A DNA stretch of 64,000 nucleotides from Raillietiella orientalis (lineage: Eukaryota), in assembly GCA_036172245.1 (NCBI GenBank), contig JAYWIR010000088.1:1-64000 (forward strand). Reading direction: 5' to 3'. How positions within the stretch are numbered: position 1 is the first letter of the stretch; each line of letters starts with the position of its first letter. A model generated the notes under the pieces. It was given only the letters and a program-made list of their open reading frames with translations. It was not told the origin of the DNA and did no database searches. Position numbers and translations under genes: made by a program. Of the stretch, positions 34,836-47,720 are shown one piece after another.

Positions 34836-36256
34836 GGTTAACTCCTCGGCCGTCAGCGCCGCTGCGTGCGCCACCGGCGTGGACGTCTCCGTCGGGGTCG
34901 CATCCTTGTAAGTCGGGAGCTTGCTCTCCGATCGTGCGCACAAAGAACGGTTCTCCGCTGACGGAGCGCTGCTGCGGGGCGCGCGATTATTTTCTCCGGT
35001 TTTCGAATCCGGAAAGAAGGCCTCCTTCCTTTTTCGCCATTGGGCTTCTTCGTCTTTGAAGGGCGCAATGTCGTGAAATGATTATTTCTCACTTGACTGC
35101 GATCGCCGTTCAGCAGTTCTTTTCCCTTGGCCTTCTTTAAGCCCTGGTCTGAAACCGCGGTTCCGCGATCGTTGACACGAGCTGTGGAGTCGTCCTTTGA
35201 GCTCCCGCGCAATTTCTTCAGCTTGCCTGCCGCTAAGTGGGACGCGAGGGGCTTCAACGTTGAGGACCCCTTTTGTTATCCGGCATTTCGATTCGCATCG
35301 GAACGAGACTTAGCCCGTGCGCACTGTTTTTCCTCTGCCGCGTTTCTCGTTTTCGCGACGTATTTCGCGCGTTTATGCTTTGCGGCTGCCTTTTTTCTAG
35401 CAAGGTCCGGGCAATTCTTAAAGTTGTGCTTGGATTGCTTGCAACAGCGGCATTTACCAGAAGGGCACTTTTGTGAATAATGCCCTTCTTCGCCGCAACT
35501 CTCGCATACTCGAGGCTTTCCTGAATGCCACAGGTGAACGAGCGTGCCGTTCACTTGCAGCTTAAAGGGTAGAAGCCGGCGGTCCGCCATGGTTAGTCGA
35601 ACCGCTGCACTACCGCTTACGATGGATGAAAAATCCTTAAGGGTGCTTCCAACCTTCTACATAGCATGGACCGTGGCGGATTTCGCTAACACAGTACGCA
35701 ATTCGCGGTCGGAACTTTCCGGTTCGATGCCGTAAATCTCCGCCACGAATGACTCATCCATGGTTGACGGGAAGACCTTCTTACCACGGATGGACAAAGG
35801 AGTGCGTAGCAATCGTTGCACAACAGCCGCGTCTTTGCAGCGCACTTTGAAATATCTCATGCTTTTGATGGGCATAATGGCTAGAAGGTCTTCCTTTCTC
35901 ACGCCAATACGGGTCAGTTCATCGTTGAACTGATTACCGTCGCGTACAGAAAGAAATCCACTGAACTGGCAGCGGAGTGCAAGATTGTAGCCCTGGACTA
36001 CGTAGGCCTGCACCTCCTTCTCGTTGGGTTGTACCCCTTTGACGGCTGCCGCGGCAGCAACGTCAGCGAAACATCTCGCCATTGGCGAGGCAGAAGGAGA
36101 GGAGGCGGCCGTTGGTTCCGCGATTGCAGATCCTGATGCTATTACTCCCTCTTCAGTATCTTCGGGTTGGGTCGCCATCGTCGTCGGAATGCACGACACC
36201 AGGATAGAGGAAATGAAATCCAGGAGACGAATGCGAAGAAAAATACGTCCGCACTA
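34836..36256 (-). mobile_element. Family A LINE, 5' part, inverted relative to 32369-33793
   Basis: Starts TAGTGCGGACG directly after GACTTCAATC; CESCGEEGHYSQKC, CRCCKQSKHNFKNC. Confidence 0.92.
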
Positions 36257-36381
36257 GATTGAAGTCGCCCGCAATGAGGTGCGACCTTCGCACGCCCCCT
36301 TCCACCAACCACTATCGCCGCAGGGATTGAAATAACGCAGTGCGTTCATTGGCCCTGTGGCTGCCCACTGAAGCGTACAGG
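36257..36381 (-). pseudogene. Short APE fragment ending at GDFN (host of 34836-36256)
   Basis: Minus-strand translation LYAS..LFQSLRR*WLVEGGVRRSHLIAGDFN. Confidence 0.8.
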
Positions 36382-39241
36382 TTCAGCCGAAGTACGCCGC
36401 ATTGTGAGACGCTACTACTCCTGGCTGATAGCGGAATCTCCGACGGAGGATATTCTCTCTGAAATACTCCTGTCGCAGGATGCTCCTGTCGTCGGCGAGC
36501 AGGAACGCGAATGTCTAAACGAGCCCTTCACGGCGGATGAATTTTCGTCCGCCATCGCTGGGCTGAAGAGACGAAAGGCGCCAGGCGAGGATGGGCTCCC
36601 AGCAGAGTTTTATCAGTGCTTTGCAGTGGAGCTCATTTCCTTGTTGCTCAGACTCGCGTCGTTAATGAGGGAATTCGGGAACGTCCCTGATTCCTTCCGC
36701 TCAGCGAAGGTGCGTCTCCTGCCGAAAGGCGGAGACTCGCGCGAACTTAACAACTGACGTCCTATCACGTTGGTGAACTCGGACGTCAAGTTGTTTTCTA
36801 AGATGTGGGTCGCGCGATAGGGAAGTATCGCTGAAGCTGTGGTGAGCCCGAAAAAAAACCTACGCGGTTTCCGGACGATCCATGGAGGCGAACGTCCTTT
36901 TTGCGCGTACCTGGATGCAGCTGCACCAAGTCGTGGCGCATCAAAGCCTGGCTGAGGCGAAAGACGCAGCCGCAGGTAAGAAGAAAAGGCGCCGAAGGCA
37001 GGAGGGTACGACAGGTGCCTTACCGGTCGCAGTCGACCTCCACAAGGCGTTCGACTGCTTAAACCAGGGGCTCCTCTTGGAGCTTCTGGAACGCCTTGGA
37101 TTTCCGGCGCATCTCCTGCTTTACTTGCGCTCTTGCTGGCGCCACGCGCTATTCTTTATTACTTTCAGCGTCTGCCGCGTGTACGGTATTCCCTTGCGCA
37201 GGGGCATTCGACAAGGTGATAGCTTAAGACCGTTACTCTTTAGCATATTCTTTCAGTTGGTGCTTAGAGCTTACGGGTTGAAGCTGTCTCATTTTCCAAG
37301 CTCCTGCCCGGGAACGCCTGCCGTGGCCGCCTACGCTGATGACCTTCTTCTCTTGCTCCCCATGTCCACCCCGGCGTCCAGTGTCGAATATTTCTTCGAC
37401 CTGGTCCGTCGGGAGCGAACGAGTGCGTGAACAGCGAGAAGAGCGTGGTCGTTCCGGTGGGTGCGTGGTGGGAGGGGCAGTCAGACTGGATCCGCCTGGG
37501 GATTCTCACGGGCGGGTACTTTAAGTACATTGACGTTTTGCTGGTCGCTCTCGACGCAGCCGAAGCGTGATCGGACTGCCTTCAGAAAGCAGAGCTGGCC
37601 GTCAGCCAGTTCATCAACAGCAACTTTACCTTGCAGGAACGGGCGACTATTTGGGACAACTTTGTTGCCCCCCTCCTCCGTCCCCTCTTTCTTGTTCTGG
37701 ACCCCTCCTATGCGGCAAAAAAGCGGACTCAACGCTTGCTTAGGAACGCTATCAGGGGTCCAGCGAGATTTAGGATCCGCCTTAAAAACTTGGCTACACC
37801 ACGTCGGGATGTTGGTTTGGGTATCCTGACAATGGAGCGAATCGGACTGCAGGTGCAGTTCCGACTATTGGCACTGTGTGCACAGCTGTGGACATCCCCC
37901 CTGTGTGTGCGTGCACGCCCTCATGCGAAGATGCGCCGACAGCAGAGGACTGCTCTCGCTTTTGCCGGGCACCCAATACAGGAAGCGAGGTTTTGGGCTT
38001 CCATCGCGGCAGTTGACCGCACTTCTGGAAGCCCATTCGTGGATCTCCTGCCGCCCAATGAACTACGAAGCTTGGCAGCAGGAGTCTGTTGAATTCTGGG
38101 CAGCGTTCCAATTAATGCGCCCTAAAGATCTCCGCCCACTGCATTATCTTCTTTCGCGATCTTTGAAAGAAGAATTGCAGGTCGAGTTAAAGTTTTCTTT
38201 CCTGGCTGCCACGCCTCTTGCCGGAGCGCTGTCTGCCTTCAAGGCAAGAAGCGACAGTTGCCAACAGGCGAGGTGGAAGGTTTCCTGCACGATAGCAGGG
38301 AAAACAAAACTCCTTGCCGCCTGAAAGACGAATGATTTGGCGGACGCCGCCACTCCTCGTTGTACTTCAAAGGGACTTCTTCGGTGGGCAGAAGAACTTG
38401 CTGTCACCCCCGAAAAACTTGTAGTCCCTTCACAGTGTGTTGACAGTTTGCTGCTCCCCCTTGCTTGGAAACAAGCCGTGCTGCTTTTCTTGCACTGGGG
38501 TTTTCAATGCAACGAGCGTTGGCATCGTGACTCCAGGGGGCTTGCATCTGCGAACTGTGTTCGGTGCGGTTCGACGGAGTCCAACCCGCACCTACTTCTG
38601 GACTGCGGTGTCCTACAAGGACCGTGGCGTAGGCTGGCAACAGCCCTAATGCATCCCTTGGACACCGCAAAAGACTTGCTGCGATGATTCTTCACGCCGA
38701 GCGGGCTATCCCTAAGCGCAAGGATTGCAACCATCAATTGCATACGCGCGATAGTTTCAGTCCGCCAGGCGTTGGTAATCAACGAGCAGCACCAAGAGGT
38801 AATCAGCAAAGCATCCTTATACATAAAAGCAGCCGCTAGATCGCCTAATTTGACAGAGGATTCAAAAAGGAATCTCGCCGAAACACACCGCCGGTTCACA
38901 CAAGCTCAGCAGTTTCCAACCCAGTTATCATTGCCCTACCCTCCATGAACTAATCTTGTATTTTCTCTTCACATCTACCTCCCAATAGGCTCCGGAACAT
39001 TTCAGGTGCTCCCCGTTTGAATCCCCGTGAGTACAGAGCGTAACCAAATACCCGTTACCCTTCCCCCTAGTTTTTGATTTTTGTTTGTTATTCCCTTATT
39101 CCTCCTACGTTGCGAGCGGTTTGTTTACCAGGCGTGCGGGCCGGGAATTTCTCTCTGTTCTCTGTCGTGCTGTTGGTTGGGGACATTGTCTCTGACCAGT
39201 TTATTATTATTGAGAAACGCTCCGGCGTGACCGAGTGTCAA
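36382..39241 (+). mobile_element. Family A LINE, 3' part (RT to 3' end)
   Basis: Collinear with ~7690-10556; DLHKAFD, GIRQGD, AYADD; ends AAACGCTCCGG-CGTGA-CCGAGTGTCAA. Confidence 0.93.
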
Positions 39242-39590
39242 ACTTCAACGTCCGCCTCCTGTCCGGCGTTTGGAGCTGCCCCAGGGAGAGCGCGCTGCTT
39301 ATCGCCATGTGCGCGCCGGTGCAAGCCGCCAAATTTATGGTCAGCGAACCTGAAACTGAAGGATCGCTCGATTACGTTTTCCTCGATGGAAATCTGCATT
39401 CGCGTGTGGTTAGGAGTGCAAGATTGTTGACTAGGCTTTCTGACCACCACAGGTTGGAGTTTTAGCTCCTTCCGATAGGCAAGTGGCCTCCCTTGCGAAA
39501 GTGGAGGATGTAGGCGGATGGGCTTAGATATCCGGAAGCTGCGGAACATCTTCGTGAACACTTATGAGGCTTTAGCATTCAAAGATTCGC
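39242..39590 (+). pseudogene. Family A APE, C-terminal half starting at DFN
   Basis: FNVRLL..SLDYVF..LSDHH..GFSIQRF, homologous to ~7110-7460. Confidence 0.88.
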
Positions 39591-42500
39591 TCCTGACTCA
39601 GTTCCGCCGGAGCGTTTATTTTTGCGAATAACACAAGATTCTGTGGCTCAACTGGTGCTTCAGCCACACACAAATAAACAACAATAAGCCTGCCGGGTCA
39701 CTAAAACCGAGTCCGATACAGTCTTGCTCGACAGCAGAGGAAGCATGGACAAAACAAAAAGATATAAATAAAAAATAAAAGAATATATTAAAATCAGATC
39801 TGGTGGGCACAGAAAGGAATCACAGTCTGCTGCGGTACCGTTCTATCCTTTCTAGAATGACGGAAAGCTGTTCTTTAATTAATGAATCCAGATGCGTGCA
39901 TCCAGTCGCTGTCCTCATAAATTCGCGTGCGCATTGGTCGGCATCCTTATTGCGTGGTCCTCCCGTTGCCTTGCTTCAAGCAGCGACGATCCCGCGAAAG
40001 CAGCACATGGCTGCTAACGATGCTGCTGGCCGGAGAGCGTCGCAAACGAAGAGGGATCTGATTGCTTCTCTGGGGTTGCCACAGGGGTTACCGATTGCCG
40101 CGGCAAAACAGTTCCAAAGGGGCCGAAGAGCCACACAATTCAAAAGGAGCTGAGTGAGGGAATCCCGTTCTCCACACCTCGCACAATTAGGGCTCACCGC
40201 TAACCAGGTCCAATGGTGTCGGCGGGCGTTGCAGGGGAGTCCCCAATGCAGCAACAGTAACGCGGACTCCTGCCACTTTAGGGGGAGGGTAGAGGAGTTC
40301 ATCAGCACCAGGGGCTACTTAAGCTGTTCCGTACTAACTTTCAGCAGCTCGCCCCAGCGGTAAAGTGAAATTGGGGTGGTAATCCGATCCGCAGTATCGC
40401 AGAGAATTTCTGTTTTCCATCCCTAAATCTTTTTCTCCGTTATGAAGATTTTAACAAACACTTCCCGTTTCGCAGCAGTGTTGCTGTCCAAATGCTTTGC
40501 GAGGGAAGACAGCGTTGCAGAAAGTAAATTTTTCTTCGCTCAGGCTCGTTTTTGCAGATTCTCCAGAATCTCACGAAGCGTGAGGCGGTCGTTGCGAGCA
40601 AACAGTTACCATTTGGGCTCGTTGCTTGTCGCCCACATGTAAACGGTTTCCTAGACCCAGGTGGTTCCGTTAACAAGGAGACGGTAGAGCAATTTCGCGC
40701 TCAGCCCCATCAAATCAGCCACTCTCCGCAGCTGCAACCCGGAATGACGGACTTCGCGGTGACGACGGAGCGCAAGGAAGAATGACAGTCCCACCTTGCC
40801 TGTAGCCTATTCGGCGAGGAGACTTGCATGCGCGCACCAACTGCTACTCCAATACTTCGCTACTAGGGCGAGTAACCAAAACTGGAGCTGGAGCTCCATC
40901 CGCTCCAGCGTCAGGAGGTCGAGACTGCCGTCCCAACTCGGAGCACTCAAGTCCAAAAGCCGGACTAGGGCCCTCCCATTACTCAACACAGAAATCCTTA
41001 GGAGGTCCTTCGTCCGCTTTTTAGTCTCTGTGGTAGGGGGACAAACAAAAAGCCGGGTAACGAGGAGGTGCGCCGCGAATGCGTTCCACACCGCGGCCCG
41101 TTCCGGCAGGAAAAACCTGCAACCTTGGAACGGGCTGATCGCCGTCTCTACCTTTTCAAGGCAGCTGGACCACGCATCCGAAAGGAGATAATCAACCATC
41201 ATTATACCGAGGAAATTGAAGTACCGTACCGTGGGGATCCCCAAACAGAACCAGTCAGGCTGCCCTGCCCGCGACACACCGATTGGCATGACGGACGACT
41301 TCGCCCTGTTCACCACAAGCCCGGTTTCCCGACTTAGCAGCTCGAAGAACTCCTCGACCGCCGATGCCGAGGTGGTCATAGGGAGCAGCAGCAGTAGGTC
41401 GTCCGCATATGCTGACACCGCGGGCGTACCGAAATAGTCGCGCGGCAAGTGCGCTAGAGTTTCCCTGTAAGCTCTAAGTACCAGCTCGAAGTAGGTACTC
41501 AAGAGCAAGGGACTCAGGCTGTTTCCCTGCCGTATGCCGCGTCCCATCGGTACTCCGTGCACGGTGTGTCCACTGAAAAAGATCTAGATAAGCGCGTCGC
41601 GCCAGCACTATCGCAGGTAGGTCAGCAAAGAGACCGGGAAGCCCAAGCCTTCCAGAAGCTTCAGGAGGACCCCCTGGACGACACAGTCGAATGCTTTATG
41701 CAAATGGAATAAGACTTCGAGAGCTCCCTCTCCCCCCAACTATCCCGTTTCCTGGCGGCGGACATTTCGGAAGTCCGGTTGCCCATCCTGACTTTTTCCT
41801 GTTAAATCGCGAAAAAGGAGCAGGCGAGGAACAGGTTTTCATCCATGCTCCACCCGGGAACAGCATATGTCTGCTCCGGGCTAATGAAGCTTTATGCTAA
41901 CCGCCCCAGGCGTTCAGCCCACAATTTCGCCAGCAACTTGGCGTCCGCGTTTATCACGGTAATCAGCCGCCAGTTGCTCATGCTCCGAAGGTCTCCTCGC
42001 TTAGGGAGGAGACGCAACTTTGCCGAACAAAACGAGGCGGGGACGTCTCCAATTTCGCAGATCAGCAAGGTGATTTTTTTACCAGGGGGGTTAGCTCTGC
42101 AGCGAAACACTGAGAGAATTCCGCTAACAGGCCGTCCTACTTTGAAGCCGTGCGCCTTTTGAGCTTTCCGATGGAGGAGATGATCTCGCCCAACGTGAAG
42201 GGCTCGTCGAGGGTCCTTCTATCTTCCTCCCCGATCGGCGGAGCGCCTTCCGGAAGAAGAATACGCGAGACATCCCGTTCTGGTGTAGCGCTCATGTACA
42301 GGGAGGAGTAGAATTTTCTTAATACGCCTTTTACCAGTTCAAGGGCCGAGTGCTCCGTGCCCTGATCTTCCAATTAGCTAGCTGACTTGGATTGCCACGC
42401 CTGCCTCTTGGCTCCCGCGCGGTATTCAGCTAGTTTGCTTACGTCTGGAGTTCGCGCGTAACATTGAGCTTGTAAATATGATCTGTCTTTACGGACGCGT

Positions 42501-42926
42501 TCTCCAAACCCTGCAGGCAGGTGTTACACATGGATGCCATCGCAAAACTCTCGGACCAAGCGTTTGAAACGGTCCCAGTCCTAAAGCGTCTGCAAGCGGA
42601 AAGCTCGTATGAATCCTCGGAGATGTTCCGTGGCCTCCGGAAGTTTAAGCCACTTCCAAGGAAAACGCCACGCAGTAGACGGGGGAACTCTGTCGCGCGG
42701 ATGGATCTCGAGAACTATCGGGCGATGGTTCGAGACAATCGACATGGTCTATGGTGTCAAACCACCTGATGGCCAGCTGCCCGATGCGACCGGCACTATC
42801 AAACCGCACGCCCTTTGCCGCGGCCTCCACAGCTGGCCGAATCAGGAACGCAACACCGCGACTCTTGGGTTTCCCACACCTATACCATAGCCGCCCTCCG
42901 GAGATTCGTTCGATCTCTTGTGCTCG
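39591..42926 (-). mobile_element. Family C-like LINE (mosaic): 3' UTR, RT, partly deleted APE
   Basis: 3' end AATAAACGCTCCGG-CGGAA-CTGAGTCAGGA; NCARCGE; GIRQGNSLSP, AYADD. APE deletion at ~42745; truncated at AQEIER. Confidence 0.9.
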
Positions 42927-44270
42927 CACAGTGCAGACGGGATTTCGCGTCTCTACGCGTCCGCGATCGAGCATCTTCGTGAGTGCGTTTTGGCTCGCAC
43001 TTGTGTGTTTCTTCGAAGTCGACCAAGCAGCGTTGTGCAGCATGGCCACTTCTAAGAATGGTGTGGAGGAGACGGCCGTTGAATCCGATTCAATTGAAAT
43101 GGAAGCGGCCGCATCCTCCATGACGGTTTCCACGCCTTCGGTGAGAAGCTACGCCGCCGCCACCTTCCAGGGAGCAGGTACCTGCGATGCGGAGTTGCAG
43201 GTTTCTGTGGCATCCGGATACATGCCCGCACTCCGTTATAAGGTCAGTGGGCCCCTTAACGGGAGGACCGGGCGTGAGCTCAACGATGAGCTCCTCCGGA
43301 ACGGCGTTCGGGAATAGGAGGTCCTTGCCATCACGCCTGCGGGCAGGAAGGAATACACCAAGATACGGTGTAAAAACGCGGCACTGGTGCAGCGCTTTCT
43401 CCGTACTCCGTTGTCCATCGTTGGCAAGAATGTCGTGCCATCCGTGATGGACGACTCGTTTGTCGTCCAAATGTGCGACATCGAGCCGGAAATCTCCGAC
43501 CGCGATGTCGTAAGTGTGCTGGCGGAGTTCGCCACCGTGCACGCTCTGTGGAGGAGGTGAAATCCTCTAAAGGATTTCCCCTCTGTCCACAATGGACAAA
43601 CCCCCGCGCGGATCACCGTCGCGAACAGGCGTGTTGTGCGTGAGCAGCTGCAGGTGAACGGCACGGTCGTTCACCTGTGGTTTCTAGGACAGAGTCGCGC
43701 GTGCGAGCAATGCGGCAAGGAAGGAAACCAAATGAAGAAATGTCCCACCCCGAAATGCCGCTACTGCAAAGAAACCGAGCACGAAATAAAGTACCCGGTC
43801 CTCGCAAAGAAAAGGGCAGCAGGGGAAGTTCGTCGCGTTCAAGATACCAACGCACGAAAGGCCGCTGCCCCAAAGAAAAAACAGTGTCCGCGGAGTCTTC
43901 GCAAAAGAGACAAGCAATACGCGGCTATACAAAAGGCGTCCCCGCATGCAACGCCCTTAAAGGGAGGAATCACGGCAAGGAAGCGAATTAAAAAAAGGAG
44001 CGAGGGCTCGACGCGTGCCGTGCTCGCTCTCGCTGCCGTACTCGGAAGCATTTCTCCAAGCTAGGAACCGGGAAATTTCCGAAGACCCTCGGTAGGAAAG
44101 GTAGGAGAGCCTGAAGATCGCCACAGGGCGAATACTTCCTGCTCGAACTTGCTGTCCCTTTCGAAATCGGCAAAGTCCCAATCATACGCAGGGGCCTCTG
44201 CTGCGGCTACGAAACCCGTAGCAAGCAGCGGCGCGCCGCGCAAAAACGCTTCCATTCGGTTGCTCGGCCT
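42927..44270 (+). mobile_element. Family B LINE, 5' UTR plus partial ORF1
   Basis: Starts ACAGTGCAGACG; collinear with ~13708-15050; CEQCGKEGNQMKKC, CRYCKETEH. Confidence 0.9.
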
Positions 44271-45690
44271 AGCAGCGCAGTCATCAGGCCTTTCGAGTTG
44301 TTCAACAACAACGCGGAGGCCCTGTGCGCCGCATACGGCCAGTCATCCCAGTGTGTGGCTATGTCCAGGATGTGTCGCGTATCCATGATTTTCAAGGAAT
44401 GTGCAGGCGACTTCATCCCGGAACCGCCTTTTTCCCTGCGACGACACAGGGGTTTCAGACGAACTCTTGGGCGACAGTGGCCCCACAGTGTTTTCCGTTG
44501 CAGCTTCTCTACTTCCCTCGTGGTTTCTTTGTTCATTCTAGCGAAGGCCGCCCCAAAGAGTACCTTTGGAAGGAGTACTCCGTTCGACAGGTTGGCCCTT
44601 TGCTTCATATCAAAGTCCAGTCGAGTGTATTTTGCTTCCTCCTTGGCCGTTTTCCCCAGGATTTCCGTCCACAGTAGCTTCGACGTGGAGTCGTCGCCTA
44701 TGTAGACTCCCAGGTACTTGCCCGTGTCTACCGTACGAAATTTATTTCTTGTGGGTGCGGAGAGATCCAGAATTCCGACGGGCAAAAGCTGGCTCTTTTG
44801 GGCATGGATCTTCAAGCCCAGTCCATCTTTCATAAGGCTCACCACATCCAGGAACGTTTGTTGATCCCTCTCTCTTCTTGTGGAGAAGAGGAGATCGTCC
44901 GCGTAGGCTAAATGGGTGAGCTTCTGGTCGTCTACGTTCACTTTGTTCAAACTTCGTTTCTTCTCGCCGGAAGAAGAGAGCGCCTCTATATAGATAACGA
45001 ACAGCATCGGACTTAGCGATTCGCTTTGCCGAACTCCTCGTTCCATCCGAATGACTGCCGTTTCTATTCCATTGATTTTAATCCGGAAGCGTTGATTGCG
45101 GAGGATCATTTGCACGAAGATGCTGAAGTATTCTGGAAGTCCGAGCTTTTCCAAAGTCTTCGGCAGCATTTCCTGGTCGACGGTGTCGAAGGCTTTTTCC
45201 ATGTCTGTGAACGCAAGCAGAAGGTTCGCATCGACGTATCAGCTAAGTCCCACGATAGCCTGCGCGCACTTGACATTGTCCAGCATGTGGAGTCCGGGTA
45301 CCGCACACGTCATAACGGGAGATATCAGGCTCGACATAACCTTGCCTAAACGGTTGGACCAGATCTTTGCCAACCACTTGGCATCCGAGATAAGGATCGA
45401 GATTGGCCTTCATTGGGCTATCCTGGATAGGTCGCCTCCTTTCGGCAACAATCTCGTCCTGTTCTCGTAGAAGGACTCCGGCAGTCGTCCTTCTTGTCGG
45501 ATGCAGAGGGTCAACTGGTAAGATAAACGCAGGTAGGAGTGCAGGTTCCTCTGATAATGAGAGATGAGGACATCGTCAGGGCCAGCTGCCACGTCCTTGC
45601 GTAATTGACCGAACGCAGTCTTCACCTCTTCTACGGTAAAATCCTCCTCCAGTCTCTTCCGCTGGAGGTCGTCAAGCTTCTTTTCGAGAT
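44271..45690 (-). pseudogene. Reverse transcriptase domain of family F
   Basis: ORFs 45410-45625 and 44207-45202 contain LLPKGGD, KAFD, YADD and YLG. Confidence 0.9.
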
Positions 45691-47313
45691 AGCTCAGGAA
45701 GGTGTTTTGTGTATTTGGACCACCACACCTTGCGTGTTACGTTCTGCCTCGCTGAAGAGCATCTGCCCATTGAAACGTCGTTCCATTTGCTGGAAGATCT
45801 GGAGACCCAACGTGTGGGTCTCCTGCAGGCACACGATGTCTTGTTGTGCGATGATCCGCACAATCCTCTTTCTCTTTTTCTGGTCGACTAACCCGTTTAC
45901 TTTCCAGGAGGCGATGTTCATCCTCCTGGCGGTCGACAGGTATGAGGCCATAAAGGGGAAGACCTACTTTTTGGCCTTCCTGAGCTTCTTCTGTCTGGGA
46001 GAGCGTACTCTTACAGACGATGAGGAAGGAGCAGGTTTTTCGCTAGCAGCCTCACTCTCCGTCCCGGTGAGGTCGGCGAATTCGGCCTCCTCCGTAGAGT
46101 GTTCTGCTCTCGCGATAAGTTTCCTGGGTAGCGCCTCTATCGTCACCTCCGCGCAGAAGTTCGCCTTTACGTCGAGAAGCTCTTCCTCCAGTTACTCGCA
46201 CTCGGTAACTTCCACCAATTGGTTCACCGTCTCCTGTGCGTCGCCGATCTTCTGCAGGATTTGCTCCTGCTGAAGCCCGCTTTGCACATCCATCACTTCT
46301 TCCGCCAGTTTTGCCAGCTCCTCGGTGGAATGCAGGGCCTCCTGAGACACCGGAGAGGCTTCTTTTTCCACCTTTGCTTCTTCCTGTGCTGTCTTTATTT
46401 TCTCGCCTTCCGCTGCTGTTTCTGGGGTAAGAGAAGCTTCCTGCTCCTTGATGAGCATCTTCCTCTTTCCCTTTTTACCGACTTTGATAAAGCCGTCCGT
46501 CGATACCGGCAGGCCTTCTTAGTCTTCTTCAGCCTTCCTACCAAATTTTGAGGCTGTTTCGCCTCTTCTTCATTCCTCTCTTTCACGAAAGAGAGTCCTC
46601 TGATCCTTCTGCAATTGGCAAATTCAGGTCAGCTCCATTTAGCGTGCCCATGCGTCTTGCAGAAGGAACAATCCTCCGAATGCGGGCAGTTTCGGACTTG
46701 GTGTCCTATCTTGCCGCAGCGGTAGCATCGAGATGTTGGGCAAGCGACGGCCCTGTGGCCAAACTGCTTGCATCTAATGCAAAATATCGGGTGTTGCCGG
46801 TAACGCACATTCACACAATGGGATGGGTTGTCAATAACTGCTATTCCAGGGATCACCGCACCTTCCTTTAACTTTATTTTGGCGATCATGTCGCCAGAAA
46901 ACATTTTTCATAACAAGTTCTCGAAATCGAGGTCGAGAACTTCCCCAAACTGCTCCAAGTATTTCCACACCGTTAGTTGTGGTGTGTAGATGGATATGCC
47001 ATTTAAAAAGACGGTCGTGTATGGCATCTCGCCAACACCACAAGCCATACTTCCTTGAATATTGATCCCCTTCTGGATCAATCTTTCCCTAATTTATTCA
47101 TAGTCCGTGAAGATGGTCAAACCCGTTGTTGCTGGGAATGATCGCCTGAATACGATCAAAATCTATGTATGTCTTGTATAGAGACAGATATACCTCTTGG
47201 ATATTGTTGAACTTCATCAATCCAGTCTCGAAAATAATGGGCTTCACCTCTAGCCCTAACTGGACGATAGCCCGATCTAACTTTTGGACTATCCCCCTTA
47301 CGGGTTTGCCGAA

Positions 47314-47720
47314 TGGACGGACGGACGGATGGATGGATGGACACTGATCTTCCCCGCGGCCACCGACGCGTACGAAAACGGCTGCACCACCACAGCCAAG
47401 CAAGATGGCGTCGCATCTTGCGCTTCCTGCACCACGTGGACGCCCGCAAGTCCCGCCTGGGAAGCCGCCGCGGGCGCAACCCTCGACGTTGCCTCCGCCG
47501 CCGCCGCGAGCGCGACCCCAGGCATCGCCGCCGAAGGCACGACCGCTGCGGCCGCGGTCGCGATCCTCGGCGTCAACGCCGCAGGCACGACCTCTACCGT
47601 CGCCGCCGCGGACGCGACCCTTGGCATCGCCGCCGCCAACTCGCCGTTACCATACATTACCTCCATCGCCAGAACCCTCCACGGCCAGTCCTCCTCGCCG
47701 TTGCCATACGTTACCTCCAT
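47314..47720 (-). repeat. (GGAY)n microsatellite plus short coding tandem repeats in the family F ORF1 N-terminus
   Basis: GGACGGACGGACGGATGGATGGATGGAC at 47314-47341; MEV(T/M)YGNGE twice; PRVASAAA/PRIATAAA/PGVALAAA units. Confidence 0.75.

Noticed and set aside
75..44700. Antisense ORFs overlapping the LINE ORFs
   Set aside because: They are shadow frames of GC-rich coding sequence and are not consistently open between copies.
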